A DNA stretch of 64,000 nt from Candidatus Omnitrophota bacterium (GCA_022703585.1 JAKLDJ010000003.1:206250-270249), one strand, 5' to 3'; positions 32,513 through 43,745 are shown, counted from the stretch's first letter. The notes: generated by a model not told the origin, from the letters alone. Numbers and translations are program-made.

Positions 32513-33349
32513 ATGGGTTTAAGAAAATTCAAACCGACGACAAACGGCCTGAGACATACGGTGATTTCCGATTTTGCGGAGATTACTAAAAGCACTCCCG
32601 AAAAGGCGCTCTTGGAACCTTTAAGAAAGTCGGGGGGGCGCAATTCCTACGGCCGGGTAACCATGAGATTCCGGGGCGGCGGGCATAAACGCATGTATCG
32701 CGTCATTGATTTTAAACGCGACAGGATTGATGCGGTTGCCAAGGTTGTGGCGATCGAGTATGACCCTAACCGTTCGGCGCGCATCGCGTTGATCCAGTAC
32801 GCGGATGGCGTTAAGAATTATATTTTGGCGCCGCTTGAGTTGCAGGTGGGGCACGAAGTTATTAGCACTTACCAAGGGGATGTTGAAATGAAGCCGGGCA
32901 ATTGTTTACCGATTGGCAGAATTCCCTTAGGAAGGGCGATACACAATATTGAACTTGTCGCCGGTCACGGCGGACAGATTGTCCGCTCGGCGGGGACGTC
33001 AGCTCAGATTATGGCCAAGGAAGGCGATTTTGCTCATGTGCGCCTTCCCTCGAGTGAAATACGTAAAATCAAAATAAATTGCCGCGCCACCATCGGCCAG
33101 ATGGGTAACGTGGAGCATGATTCACTCGTTGTCGGTAAGGCCGGCAGGTCCAACTGGCTGGGGCGTAAAGCCCACGTTAGGGGCGGTGCCATGAACCCGC
33201 ACGACCATCCTCACGGCGGCGGTGAAGGGAAAGCCCCTCAAGGGAATCCGCACCCCGTAACCCCGTGGGGAAAACCGACAAAAGGTTATAAGACGCGAAA
33301 GAGACGTAAGTATTCCGATCGGTTTATTGTTAAAAGAAGGATGAAATAA
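32513..33349 (+). CDS. rplB: 50S ribosomal protein L2
   Basis: [13 protein letters not shown] and the C-terminal HPHGGGEG motif. Confidence 0.97.
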   Translation: MGLRKFKPTTNGLRHTVISDFAEITKSTPEKALLEPLRKSGGRNSYGRVTMRFRGGGHKRMYRVIDFKRDRIDAVAKVVAIEYDPNRSARIALIQYADGVKNYILAPLELQVGHEVISTYQGDVEMKPGNCLPIGRIPLGRAIHNIELVAGHGGQIVRSAGTSAQIMAKEGDFAHVRLPSSEIRKIKINCRATIGQMGNVEHDSLVVGKAGRSNWLGRKAHVRGGAMNPHDHPHGGGEGKAPQGNPHPVTPWGKPTKGYKTRKRRKYSDRFIVKRRMK

Positions 33350-33350
33350 T

Positions 33351-33638
33351 ATGCCCAGGTCACTCAAGAAAGGCCCGTTTATTGCGGACCATCTTCTTAA
33401 GAAATTGCAAAGGATGCAGCGTTCCGGGCAGAAACAGCCCATCAAGACATGGTCGCGTCAGTCGACGATTACGCCGGAATTTGTCGGCTACACGGTTGCG
33501 ATTCATGACGGACGAAAACATATTCCGGTTTTTATTACCGAAAACATGGTCGGATATAAGTTCGGCGAATTTGCCCCGACAAGGATCTTTAGGAAACACG
33601 GTGGCGTCAAGGCTAAAAAGGCAGCCGACAAGACCTAA
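33351..33638 (+). CDS. rpsS: 30S ribosomal protein S19
   Basis: [10 protein letters not shown]...[10 protein letters not shown]. Confidence 0.95.
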   Translation: MPRSLKKGPFIADHLLKKLQRMQRSGQKQPIKTWSRQSTITPEFVGYTVAIHDGRKHIPVFITENMVGYKFGEFAPTRIFRKHGGVKAKKAADKT

Positions 33639-33659
33639 AATAAGACTTAAGGCTCAACG

Positions 33660-33995
33660 ATGATATCTAAAGCTCATTTAAGATTTGTGCATGTGTCGCC
33701 GGTCAAGGTGGGCCAGGCGATTGATTTGATCCGCGGCCGTGATGTGGAGACCTCGTTGACCATCTTGACCCAGGTTCCCAAAGGGCCGATGGCAATGATC
33801 AAGAAGCTCCTTAATTCGGCGATCAGCAATGCCAAACAAAAAGGCTTTACAGAGGATCAGCTGGTTGTTTCCAAAATTCTGGCTGATAAAGGGCCGGTAT
33901 GGAAACGGTACCGGGCAGCGGGTTTTGGACGTGCCTCGCGCATATTAAAAAGAACAACACATTTAACGATTGAGCTGGATTTAAAAGCGAAATGA
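33660..33995 (+). CDS. rplV: 50S ribosomal protein L22
   Basis: L22 homology, 111 aa. Confidence 0.9.
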   Translation: MISKAHLRFVHVSPVKVGQAIDLIRGRDVETSLTILTQVPKGPMAMIKKLLNSAISNAKQKGFTEDQLVVSKILADKGPVWKRYRAAGFGRASRILKRTTHLTIELDLKAK

Positions 33996-34005
33996 GAGGG
34001 TAAAC

Positions 34006-34692
34006 GTGGGTCAAAAGGTTAGTCCGTTACTTTTAAGAATGGGATATATCAAAAACTGGAGCGGCCTTTGGTTTGCCGACAAGCGTGATTTTCCCAAGAA
34101 TTTAGTTGAAGATGTAAAGATCAGAAATTATATAAAGAAAAAGTTTTTACAGGCCGCTGTGTCTCAGGTTGTTATCGAGCGCATGGCCAATCAGGTAAAG
34201 ATCAAGATTTGTTCAGCCCGGCCCGGCATTATCATCGGCCGCCGCGGCGCTGACGTTGAAAAATTAAAAAGCGATTTAGCGCAAATTACGGCCAGGGAAG
34301 TAGCGATTGATATCATGGAAATCAAGAATCCGGCTATTGACGCGCAGCTGATCTGTCAGACCATTGCCTTTCAGCTTGAAAAAAGAGTTGCCTTTCGCCG
34401 GGCTATGAAACGGGCCTTGGAACAGGCGATGACGTCGGGCGCGCAGGGAATCAAAATCAGCTGTGCCGGCAGGCTTGGCGGCGCAGAGATGTCCCGCCGG
34501 GAAACGTACAGACAAGGAAAACTTCCTTTGCAAACATTTAGGGCCGATATCGATTATGGATTTGCAGAGGCCACAACAACCTACGGAATCCTAGGGATTA
34601 AAACCTGGGTTTACAAGGGGGACATCATCCTCGGTAAAGAGGCCCCTCGGCAAGCCCCTGTTTTTGTTCCGGAAACCCCCAAGGGAGCATAG
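34006..34692 (+). CDS. rpsC: 30S ribosomal protein S3
   Basis: GTG start. KH domain (GIIIGRRGADVEKL) and S3 C-terminal domain. Confidence 0.95.
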   Translation: MGQKVSPLLLRMGYIKNWSGLWFADKRDFPKNLVEDVKIRNYIKKKFLQAAVSQVVIERMANQVKIKICSARPGIIIGRRGADVEKLKSDLAQITAREVAIDIMEIKNPAIDAQLICQTIAFQLEKRVAFRRAMKRALEQAMTSGAQGIKISCAGRLGGAEMSRRETYRQGKLPLQTFRADIDYGFAEATTTYGILGIKTWVYKGDIILGKEAPRQAPVFVPETPKGA

Positions 34693-34695
34693 ATC

Positions 34696-35115
34696 ATGGC
34701 CCTGATGCCCAAAAGAGTAAAATACCGCAAATCCCAGGTGGGGAAAACCCGTGGAATTGCAAGCCGTGGAAACCGCTTAACCTTCGGAGAATATGGTCTT
34801 AAGGCTATCGAAAATGGTTTTATTAAGAGTAATCAATTGGAAGCCGCCCGTGTTGCCGTTGCCCGTAAGTTAAGAGGGGCGGGTAAGTTTTGGATAAGGA
34901 TATTTCCCCACAAGCCTGTTACCAAAAAGCCTGCCGAAACCCGTATGGGAAAAGGAAAAGGTGATTTGAGCCACTGGGTAGGGATTTCTAAACGGGGTTT
35001 GGTTTTGATGGAGTTAGGCGGTATCCCGGAAGAATTTGCCCGGCAGGTGTTTCGATTGGTTGCGTTTAAACTGCCGGTCAAGACACGTTTTATTTCTCGC
35101 GCCGGGGAACATTGA
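34696..35115 (+). CDS. rplP: 50S ribosomal protein L16
   Basis: MLMPKRVKYRK... typical L16 sequence. Confidence 0.95.
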   Translation: MALMPKRVKYRKSQVGKTRGIASRGNRLTFGEYGLKAIENGFIKSNQLEAARVAVARKLRGAGKFWIRIFPHKPVTKKPAETRMGKGKGDLSHWVGISKRGLVLMELGGIPEEFARQVFRLVAFKLPVKTRFISRAGEH

Positions 35116-35144
35116 TTTTAAATATTGAGTGATTCTAAACAACT

Positions 35145-35348
35145 ATGAAAATTAAAGATTTAAAACAGTTAGGTGACGAGGAGTTGAATCTCAAAGAGAA
35201 ATCTTTTAAAAAAGAACTCTTTGACCTCAATTTCCAACGTAAATACGGCAAGGTTGAAAAGCCGGGCCGCTTTAGAACTCTTAAAAGGGATATCGCCCGC
35301 ATTAAGACGCTTTTAAAAGAAAGAGAAAAAGATGGATCTAAGAAGTAA
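35145..35348 (+). CDS. rpmC: 50S ribosomal protein L29
   Basis: 67-aa helical protein with LKEKSFKKELFDLNFQ. Confidence 0.9.
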   Translation: MKIKDLKQLGDEELNLKEKSFKKELFDLNFQRKYGKVEKPGRFRTLKRDIARIKTLLKEREKDGSKK

Positions 35349-35589
35349 TAAGCGAAAATTTCTCTCAGGGGTTGTCATTAGCGATAAGATGAACAAGACC
35401 CGCGTGGTCCAGATCCGCTGGACGTCGACTCATTCCGACTACGAAAAGACTATGAAACGTGCGGTTAAGTTCAAGGCCCACGATGAAAAGAATGCCACCA
35501 AGGTCGGAGACGTTGTGACGATTATGGAAACCCGTCCGCTTTCGAAGGAAAAACGCTGGATTATTGTCGAGGTTGCCAAAAAAACTTAA
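35332..35589 (+). CDS. rpsQ: 30S ribosomal protein S17
   Basis: GVVISDKMNKTRVV OB-fold signature. Confidence 0.9.
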   Translation: MDLRSNKRKFLSGVVISDKMNKTRVVQIRWTSTHSDYEKTMKRAVKFKAHDEKNATKVGDVVTIMETRPLSKEKRWIIVEVAKKT

Positions 35590-35620
35590 CGGATTATAAA
35601 GACGGCAGGTCAAGGAAAAC

Positions 35621-35989
35621 ATGATTTTCTTAAAAACTCTTTTAGATGTTGCCGATAATACCGGGGCCAGAAAGGCTTCCTTTATCGGAGTGTTGAAAAG
35701 CAAAAACCGGAACTACGCCCACGTCGGTGATTTAATCAGGGCCAACGTGAAGGAGTCGTCACCGGAGGCCGCGGTCAAAAAAGGCGAGGTGGTGCGCGGT
35801 ATCGTGGTGCGTACCAAGTCTCCGATCAGGCGCACGGATGGGACCTATGTACGGTTTGATACAAATGCCATCGTGATTATTGATGAGGGTGGTAACCCCA
35901 AAGGGACCCGTGTCTTTGGCCCCGTAGCCAGGGAATTGCGCAATCTGGAATACATGAAGATCATCTCCTTAGCCCCTGAGGTTGTTTAG
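35621..35989 (+). CDS. rplN: 50S ribosomal protein L14
   Basis: [18 protein letters not shown]. Confidence 0.95.
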   Translation: MIFLKTLLDVADNTGARKASFIGVLKSKNRNYAHVGDLIRANVKESSPEAAVKKGEVVRGIVVRTKSPIRRTDGTYVRFDTNAIVIIDEGGNPKGTRVFGPVARELRNLEYMKIISLAPEVV

Positions 35990-36302
35990 TATGTTGAAAA
36001 TTAAAAAGAATGATAACGTTGAGGTTATCAGCGGAAAAGATAAAGGGAAAAAGGGAAGGGTGTTGGCCATATTTCCTTCCGAGAACAAGGCGCTTATTGA
36101 GAATATTAATCTTGTCAAGAAAGCGCAGCGGCGTACGCAGCAAAATCAAAAGGGAGGCATTGTCAGCATCGAGTCTCCTATTCAGATGTCGAAACTGATG
36201 CTGGTCTGCAAGCAGTGTAACAAGGGTGTGCGCTTTAAGACAAACGTTCTTAAAGATAAATCAAAGTTGCGCGAATGTAAAAGGTGCGGGGCGGCTGTTT
36301 AA
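35982..36302 (+). CDS. rplX: 50S ribosomal protein L24
   Basis: KOW motif ([10 protein letters not shown]). Confidence 0.9.
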   Translation: MFSMLKIKKNDNVEVISGKDKGKKGRVLAIFPSENKALIENINLVKKAQRRTQQNQKGGIVSIESPIQMSKLMLVCKQCNKGVRFKTNVLKDKSKLRECKRCGAAV

Positions 36303-36304
36303 CT

Positions 36305-36847
36305 ATGAATACTCGTCTATTAGAGAAATATCGAAAAGAAATTATACCGGCTGTTCAAGAAAAATTTGGCATCAAAAATGCGATGGCAGTGCCGTGTTTA
36401 GAAAAGATCGTGGTTAACATGGGCGTGGGGGAGGCGGTTAACGATGTTAAAGCCGTCGAGTCGGCGGCCATGGATTTGGCGATGATTACAGGCCAAAAAC
36501 CGATTATGCGTAAAGCCAGGATCGCCATCTCAAATTTTAAGCTAAAGATCGGCGTGCCGGTTGGCTGCAAAGTGACTTTACGCAAGGCCAAGATGTATGA
36601 ATTTATGGACAGGCTTTTTAATGCTGCCTTGCCGCGTATCCGCGATTTTAACGGTATCCCCAAAAAGGCATTTGACAAAGAAGGCAATTTTACCATGGGC
36701 TTAAGGGAACAGACGATTTTTCCCGAAGTTGAGCTGGATAAAATTCACCATGCCCAGGGCATGGATATCACATTTGTTTTTAATCACGGCCCGAAAGAGC
36801 ATACCTTTGAGGTCTTGCGTCTTTTTGGTATGCCGTTTAGCAAATAA
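36305..36847 (+). CDS. rplE: 50S ribosomal protein L5
   Basis: L5 homology. Start chosen at MNTRLLEKY (the ORF track starts 21 nt earlier). Confidence 0.95.
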   Translation: MNTRLLEKYRKEIIPAVQEKFGIKNAMAVPCLEKIVVNMGVGEAVNDVKAVESAAMDLAMITGQKPIMRKARIAISNFKLKIGVPVGCKVTLRKAKMYEFMDRLFNAALPRIRDFNGIPKKAFDKEGNFTMGLREQTIFPEVELDKIHHAQGMDITFVFNHGPKEHTFEVLRLFGMPFSK

Positions 36848-36861
36848 TTGAGGAAAAGTTC

Positions 36862-37047
36862 ATGGCAAGAAAAGCATTAATTCTCAAGTCTCGTAAGAAG
36901 CCAAAGTTCTCCACGCGCCAGCATAACCGTTGCATCTTGTGCGGCCGTCCGAGAGCGTTTTTAAGGCGTTTCGGCATTTGCCGTATTTGTTTTCGCGAAC
37001 TGGTTTGGAAGGGCGAAGTGCCCGGGGTTAAAAAAGCAAGCTGGTAA
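36862..37047 (+). CDS. rpsN: 30S ribosomal protein S14, type Z (zinc-binding)
   Basis: 61 aa with CILCGRP...CRICFREL zinc ribbon. Confidence 0.95.
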   Translation: MARKALILKSRKKPKFSTRQHNRCILCGRPRAFLRRFGICRICFRELVWKGEVPGVKKASW

Positions 37048-37061
37048 AAAAGGATTAAAAT

Positions 37062-37460
37062 ATGTCTTTGTCAGATCCCATCAGTAATTTACTAACGAAT
37101 ATTCGTAACGCCTCGCGTATTCAGCATGAAACCGTTGATATTCCGGCTTCTAAGTTAAGCGAGAAGATTTTAGAGATTTTTAAGCAAGACGGCTATATCG
37201 AGAACTTTCGCCTCTTAAAAGACAACAAGCAGGGGATCCTGAAAGTTTATCTGAAATACGACAAAAATCGAGGCAAGGCTATTACCGATCTTAAGAGGGT
37301 TTCAAAGTCCAGCCGAAGGGTTTATGTCCATTGCGACGAAATTCCCCGGGTTTTAAACGGATTGGGGACGGCGGTTATTTCTACCTCGAAAGGAATTATG
37401 ACGGATCGCGAAGCGCGCAAAAATAAAATCGGCGGCGAGGTTCTCTGCTATATCTGGTAA
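37062..37460 (+). CDS. rpsH: 30S ribosomal protein S8
   Basis: MSLSDPISNLLTNIRNA. Confidence 0.95.
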   Translation: MSLSDPISNLLTNIRNASRIQHETVDIPASKLSEKILEIFKQDGYIENFRLLKDNKQGILKVYLKYDKNRGKAITDLKRVSKSSRRVYVHCDEIPRVLNGLGTAVISTSKGIMTDREARKNKIGGEVLCYIW

Positions 37461-37589
37461 ACCCCGTTAGAGAACTTAGTTCTCTGGCGGGTTGCGCCGA
37501 CGGTGGCTTTAAATCACCGTTGGCTTTAAACGGCAATAACCGCCGATTAAAACCGGCGACTTTCTCTAACGGGGTAAAAGAAAGAGCAT

Positions 37590-38129
37590 ATGTCAAGAAT
37601 AGGCAAAATTCCGGTTGTTGTTCCTAAGGGTGTTAAAATCACCGTCAAAGACGGGGGCGTATTGGTTGAGGGCCCTAAAGGAAAGCTGACTTTTAAACTT
37701 CCCTTAGGTATTGCGGTTGAGAGCAAGGAGGACAAACTCCTGATCAATCGTACGTACAACTCAAAACAAACCCAGGCTAATCACGGCACGACACGGGCTA
37801 TTTTGGCCAATATTATAATCGGGGTAACCCAAGGCCATAAGAAAAATCTTGAAATCCAAGGAGTGGGTTTTAGGGCTCAGGCTCAAGGCCAAAAGCTTAC
37901 TTTAAATGTTGGTTTTAGCCGCCCGCTAGAATATGATGTCCCCGCAGGCATTACCGTCAAGACTCCCAAGCCTACCGAGATCGAAGTTGACGGTGTTGAT
38001 AGCTCTGTGGTTGGAGAGGTTGCCGCGAACATCAGGCGCTTAAAACCTCCGGAGCCGTACAAGGGCAAGGGCATCCGTTATTTAGGCGAAATGGTTCGCA
38101 AAAAGCAGGGTAAAACGGTTACCAAATAA
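37590..38129 (+). CDS. rplF: 50S ribosomal protein L6
   Basis: [17 protein letters not shown]. Confidence 0.95.
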   Translation: MSRIGKIPVVVPKGVKITVKDGGVLVEGPKGKLTFKLPLGIAVESKEDKLLINRTYNSKQTQANHGTTRAILANIIIGVTQGHKKNLEIQGVGFRAQAQGQKLTLNVGFSRPLEYDVPAGITVKTPKPTEIEVDGVDSSVVGEVAANIRRLKPPEPYKGKGIRYLGEMVRKKQGKTVTK

Positions 38130-38140
38130 ACTTTATTGAT

Positions 38141-38503
38141 ATGAAAAAAATTACTGAAGTAAAAAGGGTTGCAAGGCACGAACGGTTACGAAAGAAGATT
38201 ATCGGCACGCTTGATCAGCCGAGGCTTTGCGTACATCGCAGTATAAAGAATTTGCATGCCCAAATAATCGATGATGTTGCCCAGAAGGTTCTGTTCGGGA
38301 TATCGACGCTGGATAAGCAAGTGCGCGCAAAGATAAAAAGCGGCGGCAATGTCGGCGCGGCAACTGTTTTAGGTGAAGCTTTGGCCGTAAAGGCGAAAGA
38401 AAAAGGTATAAAAAAGGTCTGCTTTGACCGCGGCGGTTATCTTTACCATGGACGGGTAAAGGCATTCGCGGAAGCAGCAAGAAAAGGCGGATTGGAATTC
38501 TAA
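38141..38503 (+). CDS. rplR: 50S ribosomal protein L18
   Basis: L18 homology, 120 aa. Confidence 0.9.
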   Translation: MKKITEVKRVARHERLRKKIIGTLDQPRLCVHRSIKNLHAQIIDDVAQKVLFGISTLDKQVRAKIKSGGNVGAATVLGEALAVKAKEKGIKKVCFDRGGYLYHGRVKAFAEAARKGGLEF

Positions 38504-39162
38504 TGGCACCAGAGGATATAAAACCAGAAAACGCGGACGTTAAAGATGTCAAGCCGGAAAATCCGGAAGCAGAAAAACAGCCCGGCCCTGTAAGTGAACG
38601 AGGGTCAGAACGAGGTTCAGGAAGAAGGCCGCAAGGCCGCAGGCCTCGCCGGCCCAGAGAGGTTGTTGCTTCGGATTTTATCGAGAAAGTCGTCTCCATT
38701 AATCGGGTAACCAAGGTTACCAAGGGCGGTAAAAAGATGTCTTTTAGTGCCCTGGTTGTGGTGGGAGATGCCAAGGGACAGGTTGGATATAACCTGGGAA
38801 AATCTAATGAGGTTGCCAATTCCATAAAGAAGGCCCTCATTGCCGCTAAGAAAAGCATGATAAGAGTTTCGCTTAAGGGTTCTACCATTCCGCATGAGAT
38901 TCTCGGCCGGTGCGGAGCGGCGGTGGTGATGCTTAAACCTGCCTCCGACGGTACCGGAGTTATCGCAGCCGGCCCGGTTCGCGCGATTTGTGATTGCGTA
39001 GGAATCCGTAACATTCTGACGAAGTGCCACAAGTCTAATAATCCCATTAATGTTATCAAAGCAACCATGGACGGGTTAAGCCGTTTAAAAGTTCAGAGAA
39101 TAGAAGAAGCCCAAGTTCCACAGCCGGAAGATAAAAAAGAAGAAAAAGATGCAAATACATGA
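38503..39162 (+). CDS. rpsE: 30S ribosomal protein S5 (with N-terminal Arg-rich and C-terminal acidic extensions)
   Basis: Core EKVVSINRVTKVTKGGKK..., plus about 55 aa of N-terminal extension (ERGSERGSGRRPQGRRPRRPRE). Confidence 0.95.
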   Translation: MAPEDIKPENADVKDVKPENPEAEKQPGPVSERGSERGSGRRPQGRRPRRPREVVASDFIEKVVSINRVTKVTKGGKKMSFSALVVVGDAKGQVGYNLGKSNEVANSIKKALIAAKKSMIRVSLKGSTIPHEILGRCGAAVVMLKPASDGTGVIAAGPVRAICDCVGIRNILTKCHKSNNPINVIKATMDGLSRLKVQRIEEAQVPQPEDKKEEKDANT

Positions 39163-39802
39163 TATCCGAGCTCCTAAAGGAGCGCATAAAAGACGTAAAA
39201 TTGTCGGCCGCGGACCCGGGTCGGGACACGGCAAGACTTCCTGCAAAGGTCAAAAAGGGCAAAGTTCCCGCTCCGGTAGGGCTGTCATTCTAAGCTCCGA
39301 AGGCGGTCAGGTACCCATGATTAAAAGATTGCCCAAAGTAGGCTTTCGTCCTAAGACTTCGATTATTTATCAGATTGTTAAATTGGAGAGTCTGGCGCGC
39401 TTTAAAGAAAATACGATTGTTAACGCTGAGTTCTTAAAATCGCACGGTTTGATACGCAGCGCCACTTTACCGTATAAAATTTTAGGAGACGGAGAACTCA
39501 AAAAGCCTTTTATCGTTCATGCCAACAGATTTTCTAAAAGCGCCCAGGAAAAAATTACAAAGGCAGGCGGCAAGACTGAATTTCTAGACAAAGAATACGA
39601 ACAGGAACAAAAAGATATTTCCGATAGGAAACTTAGAGACGCGGCCTATGAAAAGTCTAGGCCCGCTCCTGTTGAGAAGCCTAAGGAGGCTCCTATCGAG
39701 AAATCTAAAACGGCCTCTGCTGAGAAGCCTAAAGTTGTCTCCGCTGAGAAGCCTAAAGTTGTCTCCGCCGAGAAGCCTAAAGATAAAAATAAGGCAGCGT
39801 AG
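39149..39802 (+). CDS. rplO: 50S ribosomal protein L15 with about 70-aa C-terminal tandem-repeat tail
   Basis: L15 core (GRGPGSGHGKTSCKGQKGQ) followed by (SAEKPKVV)n repeats. No rpmD (L30) lies between rpsE and rplO. Confidence 0.9.
   Translation: MQIHDIRAPKGAHKRRKIVGRGPGSGHGKTSCKGQKGQSSRSGRAVILSSEGGQVPMIKRLPKVGFRPKTSIIYQIVKLESLARFKENTIVNAEFLKSHGLIRSATLPYKILGDGELKKPFIVHANRFSKSAQEKITKAGGKTEFLDKEYEQEQKDISDRKLRDAAYEKSRPAPVEKPKEAPIEKSKTASAEKPKVVSAEKPKVVSAEKPKDKNKAA
39717..39790 (+). repeat. 24-nt tandem repeat (about 2.7 copies; degenerate copies extend back to about 39668) encoding the SAEKPKVV units of the L15 tail
   Basis: gctgagaagcctaaagttgtctcc is repeated in tandem and in frame. Confidence 0.8.
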
Positions 39803-39805
39803 CGC

Positions 39806-41152
39806 ATGCTCAAGGCCTTTACAAATTGTTTTCGGATACCCGATCTTAAGAAGAAGATACTTTTTACGCTTGGTATTATTGTGGTTTACCGCATCGGGTG
39901 TTTTATCCCGACTCCGGGAATTAACGCCGCTGTCTTAGCTGAATTCTTCCAGCGGATGAATCAATCCGGGGGCGGTACGATCTTTGGCATTATGAATATG
40001 TTTTCCGGCGGTGCCCTCGAGAAAATGACTGTTTTCTCCCTGGGGATTATGCCTTATATCTCCAGCTCGATCATTATGCAGCTTTTGACGGCGATTATCC
40101 CGGCATTGGAAAAGCTGGCCAAGGAAGGACATGCGGGGCATCAAAAGATTACCCAGTACACCCGTTACGGGACGCTGGTTTTATCGCTGATCCAATCTTA
40201 TTTTATTGCCTTGTGGCTGGAGAGCCCCCAGGCATTTCAGGGATTACGCGTTGTTAATGATCCCGGGTTAGGATTTCGTTTTACCACGGTCTTAACGCTT
40301 ACCTGCGGGACGCTTATTTTGATGTGGCTGGGAGAGCAGATTCAGGAAAGCGGAATCGGTAACGGAATTTCTCTGGTTATCACGGCGGGTATTCTTTCGC
40401 GCGGCCCGGATGCGCTTCAAAACCTCATCCTGCTTCTTTCGCCGAAGGTTGCCACCATGCGCCAGATCCAGCCGTTGACGCTTTTGATCATGGTGTTTTT
40501 TCTGGTAGCGGTTGTTCTTTCAATTACCCTGATAACTCAGGGGCAAAGAAAGATTCCGGTGCAGTATGCGCGCCGCATTGTCGGAAGACGTGTTTATGGC
40601 GGACAAAGCACCTATATTCCGCTTAAAGTTGATACCTCGGGTGTTATTGCGATTATCTTTGCGCAATCGATTATTCTTTTCCCGGCGACGATAGCGACAT
40701 TTATCCCGCATAAATCGGTCCAGATGCTTGCTACTTTTATCACCCGCGGGCATTTCTTGTACTATACGATTTACGGGCTGCTGATTGTTTTCTTTTGTTA
40801 TTTTTATACGGCGATTGTGTTTAATCCGGTGGATGTGGCGGAAAATATGAAGAAGTACGGCGGGTTTATCCCCGGCGTAAGGCCCGGGACGCCGACCGCG
40901 GATTTTCTGGATTTTGTTATGACCAGAATTACGCTGGCCGGGTCGTTATTTATATGTATCGTTGCTATTATGCCGGATGCGATCATGGCGGCGTTTAAGG
41001 TGCCGTATCTGGTCGCGTCGTTCTTTGGAGGAACCGGAGTCTTGATTATCGTTGGCGTCATGCTGGACACGATGAAACAAATTGAATCCCAGCTTTTAAT
41101 GCACCACTACGACGGCTTCATGAAATCCGGCCAACTTAAAGGTAGGCGATGA
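39806..41152 (+). CDS. secY: preprotein translocase subunit SecY
   Basis: 10-TM SecY homology, 448 aa. Confidence 0.97.
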   Translation: MLKAFTNCFRIPDLKKKILFTLGIIVVYRIGCFIPTPGINAAVLAEFFQRMNQSGGGTIFGIMNMFSGGALEKMTVFSLGIMPYISSSIIMQLLTAIIPALEKLAKEGHAGHQKITQYTRYGTLVLSLIQSYFIALWLESPQAFQGLRVVNDPGLGFRFTTVLTLTCGTLILMWLGEQIQESGIGNGISLVITAGILSRGPDALQNLILLLSPKVATMRQIQPLTLLIMVFFLVAVVLSITLITQGQRKIPVQYARRIVGRRVYGGQSTYIPLKVDTSGVIAIIFAQSIILFPATIATFIPHKSVQMLATFITRGHFLYYTIYGLLIVFFCYFYTAIVFNPVDVAENMKKYGGFIPGVRPGTPTADFLDFVMTRITLAGSLFICIVAIMPDAIMAAFKVPYLVASFFGGTGVLIIVGVMLDTMKQIESQLLMHHYDGFMKSGQLKGRR

Positions 41153-41835
41153 GATTAGTCCTTTTAGGCCCTCCCGGTGCCGGCAAGGGAACGCAAGCAG
41201 GTTCTTTGAAAGAAGATTTAAAGGTGCCGCATATTTCAACCGGCGATATCTTGCGGGAAGAAATGAAGGCGGGAACAGCGCTGGGGCTTGATGTTAAGAA
41301 ATATGTGGAGTCGGGAAAGCTTGTTCCCGATGAGGTTGTTACCAAGATTATCGAAACCAGGCTGGTTGCCGGTGACAAAGCGAATCAGGGTTTTATGCTC
41401 GACGGCTTCCCCCGCACCAAGAAACAAGCGGAAGACTTGGACGCGATTTTGACAAAAGCGAATAAGCCGTTGGATTACGCGATATATTTTGATACGTCCC
41501 TGCCGGTTATTGTCCAGCGTTTGACCGGCCGGCGGGTTTGCCGCCAATGCAACGCCTTGTACCATACGGCTAACAAACCACCCAAGAAAGAAGGGGTGTG
41601 CGACACCTGTGCTGGGCCATTGTATCAGAGGCCTGACGACAACGAGGAAACCATCAAGACCCGCATGGATGTTTACTTAAAGAGCACGGCGCCGATTATC
41701 GATTATTACCAGGCGCAAGGCAAATTAAAGAAAGTGAATGCCGACAAAGATGCCCTGGACGTAAAGGGGCATCTGATGAAAATATTCCATGCAGACGGAA
41801 AGATTAATCAGGATAAAGTCCGAAGAAGAAATTGA
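41149..41835 (+). CDS. adk: adenylate kinase (zinc-lid type)
   Basis: P-loop GPPGAGKGT. LID with CRQC...CDTC. Confidence 0.95.
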   Translation: MRLVLLGPPGAGKGTQAGSLKEDLKVPHISTGDILREEMKAGTALGLDVKKYVESGKLVPDEVVTKIIETRLVAGDKANQGFMLDGFPRTKKQAEDLDAILTKANKPLDYAIYFDTSLPVIVQRLTGRRVCRQCNALYHTANKPPKKEGVCDTCAGPLYQRPDDNEETIKTRMDVYLKSTAPIIDYYQAQGKLKKVNADKDALDVKGHLMKIFHADGKINQDKVRRRN

Positions 41836-42547
41836 GTGCTTAAGGCGCTCGGGAAAACTTTTAGCTTCGATTGTACGTGAACTAAAAGGCTTTTTGAAAT
41901 TAGGATTGACAACGAAAGAGATTGACGGCAAGGTTGAGGAGTTGATTGCCGAACATGATGCCTATCCTGCGTTTAAGGGCTACCGGGGATTTCCGGCGTG
42001 TGCGTGCATTTCATTGAACAATGAGGTCGTCCACGGAATCCCCAGCGAGAGGCGCTTAAAAGAAGGCGATATCGCCAGCATTGATATCGGCATTGTCTTT
42101 GAAAAATTTTATGCCGATATGGCATTTACGGTCGGCATGGGGAAAATAAGCCCCGATTTAAAACGGCTCATTGAGGTTACGGAAAAGTCTCTCTATAAGG
42201 GAATCGAACAGGCGGTTATAGGCAATCACCTTTCGGATATTTCGTTTGCGGTGCAGAGTTTTGTTGAGTCGAATAACTTTTCTGTGGTCAGAGATTTTGT
42301 CGGCCACGGGATAGGGCGACGGCTGCACGAAGATCCTGAAGTGCCGAATTTTGGCCTTCCGCATTCGGGACCTGTTCTTAGAGAGGGAATGGTGTTGGCC
42401 ATTGAACCGATGGTTAACGTAGGTAAGTGGCAAACGCGGATACTCGATGATGGCTGGACGGTAGTCACCCAGGATGGAAAGCCTTCCGCCCATTTCGAGC
42501 ATACCGTGGCCATTACCAAAGAAGGGCCGGAGATCTTAACCCAGTAA
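41789..42547 (+). CDS. map: type I methionine aminopeptidase
   Basis: Pita-bread fold with the metal ligands D, D, H, E, E. Overlaps the adk 3' end by 47 nt. Confidence 0.9.
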   Translation: MQTERLIRIKSEEEIECLRRSGKLLASIVRELKGFLKLGLTTKEIDGKVEELIAEHDAYPAFKGYRGFPACACISLNNEVVHGIPSERRLKEGDIASIDIGIVFEKFYADMAFTVGMGKISPDLKRLIEVTEKSLYKGIEQAVIGNHLSDISFAVQSFVESNNFSVVRDFVGHGIGRRLHEDPEVPNFGLPHSGPVLREGMVLAIEPMVNVGKWQTRILDDGWTVVTQDGKPSAHFEHTVAITKEGPEILTQ

Positions 42548-42548
42548 A

Positions 42549-42767
42549 ATGGCAAAAGAAGACTTAATCGAAGTCGAGGGTGTTGTGCAGGAGGCGTTGC
42601 CGAACGCCATGTTTCGCGTTCAGCTCGATAACGGGCATAAAGTTTTAGCGCATATTTCCGGAAAAATACGCATGCATTTTATCCGGATTCTCCCCGGAGA
42701 CCGGGTTAAAGTAGAACTATCGCCCTATGATTTAACCAGGGGGCGAATAACATTTCGGTGCAAATAA
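42549..42767 (+). CDS. infA: translation initiation factor IF-1
   Basis: 72-aa OB fold: [30 protein letters not shown]. Confidence 0.95.
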   Translation: MAKEDLIEVEGVVQEALPNAMFRVQLDNGHKVLAHISGKIRMHFIRILPGDRVKVELSPYDLTRGRITFRCK

Positions 42768-42768
42768 A

Positions 42769-42885
42769 ATGAAAGTAAAATCATCGGTAAAAAGAATTTG
42801 CAGCAAATGCAAGATCGTGCGTCGCAACCGGGTGGTCCGGGTTATTTGCACGAATCCGAAACATAAGCAGAGACAGGGTTAACCT
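42769..42885 (+). CDS. rpmJ: 50S ribosomal protein L36
   Basis: 38-aa [40 protein letters not shown] (C-x2-C-x12-C-x4-H zinc ribbon). Missed by the ORF track. Coordinates +/-1. Confidence 0.9.
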
Positions 42886-42909
42886 TTCTTAAACAAAAAG
42901 GATTGAAGA

Positions 42910-43314
42910 ATGCCAAGAGTCTTAGGTATTGACTTGCCCAAAGAAAAAAGGATTGAAGCCGCATTGCCGTATATTTACGGAATAGGGCCGGCTTTGGCCC
43001 GTAAGATATTAACGGATGCGGGAATCGATTTTAATAAGAGGGCCAAGGATTTAAGCGAAGAGGAGGTTTCAAAGATTACCTCTATTCTTCAAAAAGAGTA
43101 TCGGACCGAAGGTGATTTGCGCCGGGAAGTGACCCAAAATATCAAAAGGCTTATCGATATCGGTTCTCACCGCGGTTATCGCCATAAAAGGGGGCTTCCG
43201 GTACGCGGACAGCGCACCAGAACAAATGCCCGCACGCGTAAGGGAAAAAGAAGAATGGTCGGGGCCATTGTCAAAGTAGCGGCACCGGCTGCCAAGCCAG
43301 CGAAAGCAGCTTAA
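42910..43314 (+). CDS. rpsM: 30S ribosomal protein S13
   Basis: [26 protein letters not shown]. Confidence 0.95.
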   Translation: MPRVLGIDLPKEKRIEAALPYIYGIGPALARKILTDAGIDFNKRAKDLSEEEVSKITSILQKEYRTEGDLRREVTQNIKRLIDIGSHRGYRHKRGLPVRGQRTRTNARTRKGKRRMVGAIVKVAAPAAKPAKAA

Positions 43315-43343
43315 AAAAGTTATTCTAAAGAGGAAACAAAAGC

Positions 43344-43730
43344 ATGGCAAAAGACAGCAAGACAAAAAAGAAGTTACTGCACGGGATCACCAGCGGCATT
43401 GTTCATATTCAGGCCACGTTTAACAATACCATTGTTACCATTACCGACAAACAGGGTAATGCGATTGTTTGGTCGACTCCCGGCATTGTCGGATTCGGCG
43501 GTTCGAAGAAATCAACGCCGTTTGCGGCCCAAATTGCGGCCGGAGATGCAGCCAAGAAAGCAAAAGAACTGGGATTAGAAACGGTGGATGTTTATGTTAA
43601 AGGCGCCGGGTCGGGCCGCGAATCAGCCATACGGGCACTTCAGGCGGCCGGCCTTTCGGTCACATCGATTAAAGATGTTACCCCGATGCCCCATAATGGT
43701 TGCCGACCGCGTAAGAAACGCAGAGTATAA
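43344..43730 (+). CDS. rpsK: 30S ribosomal protein S11
   Basis: S11 homology, 128 aa. Confidence 0.95.
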   Translation: MAKDSKTKKKLLHGITSGIVHIQATFNNTIVTITDKQGNAIVWSTPGIVGFGGSKKSTPFAAQIAAGDAAKKAKELGLETVDVYVKGAGSGRESAIRALQAAGLSVTSIKDVTPMPHNGCRPRKKRRV

Positions 43731-43745
43731 AAAGGAACAAATCAA

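Noticed and set aside
38199-39068. 289-aa minus-strand ORF overlapping rplR, rpsE and rplO
   Set aside because: Antisense to three conserved ribosomal protein genes. Pro/Arg/Ser-rich junk translation. The 137-aa ORF at 38617-39030 is rejected for the same reason.
41789-41835. adk/map 47-nt overlap as an annotation error
   Set aside because: The map N-terminus ([17 protein letters not shown]) fits the family consensus from the 41789 ATG. The adk C-terminal tail is simply longer than usual. Both frames are open, so the overlap is kept.
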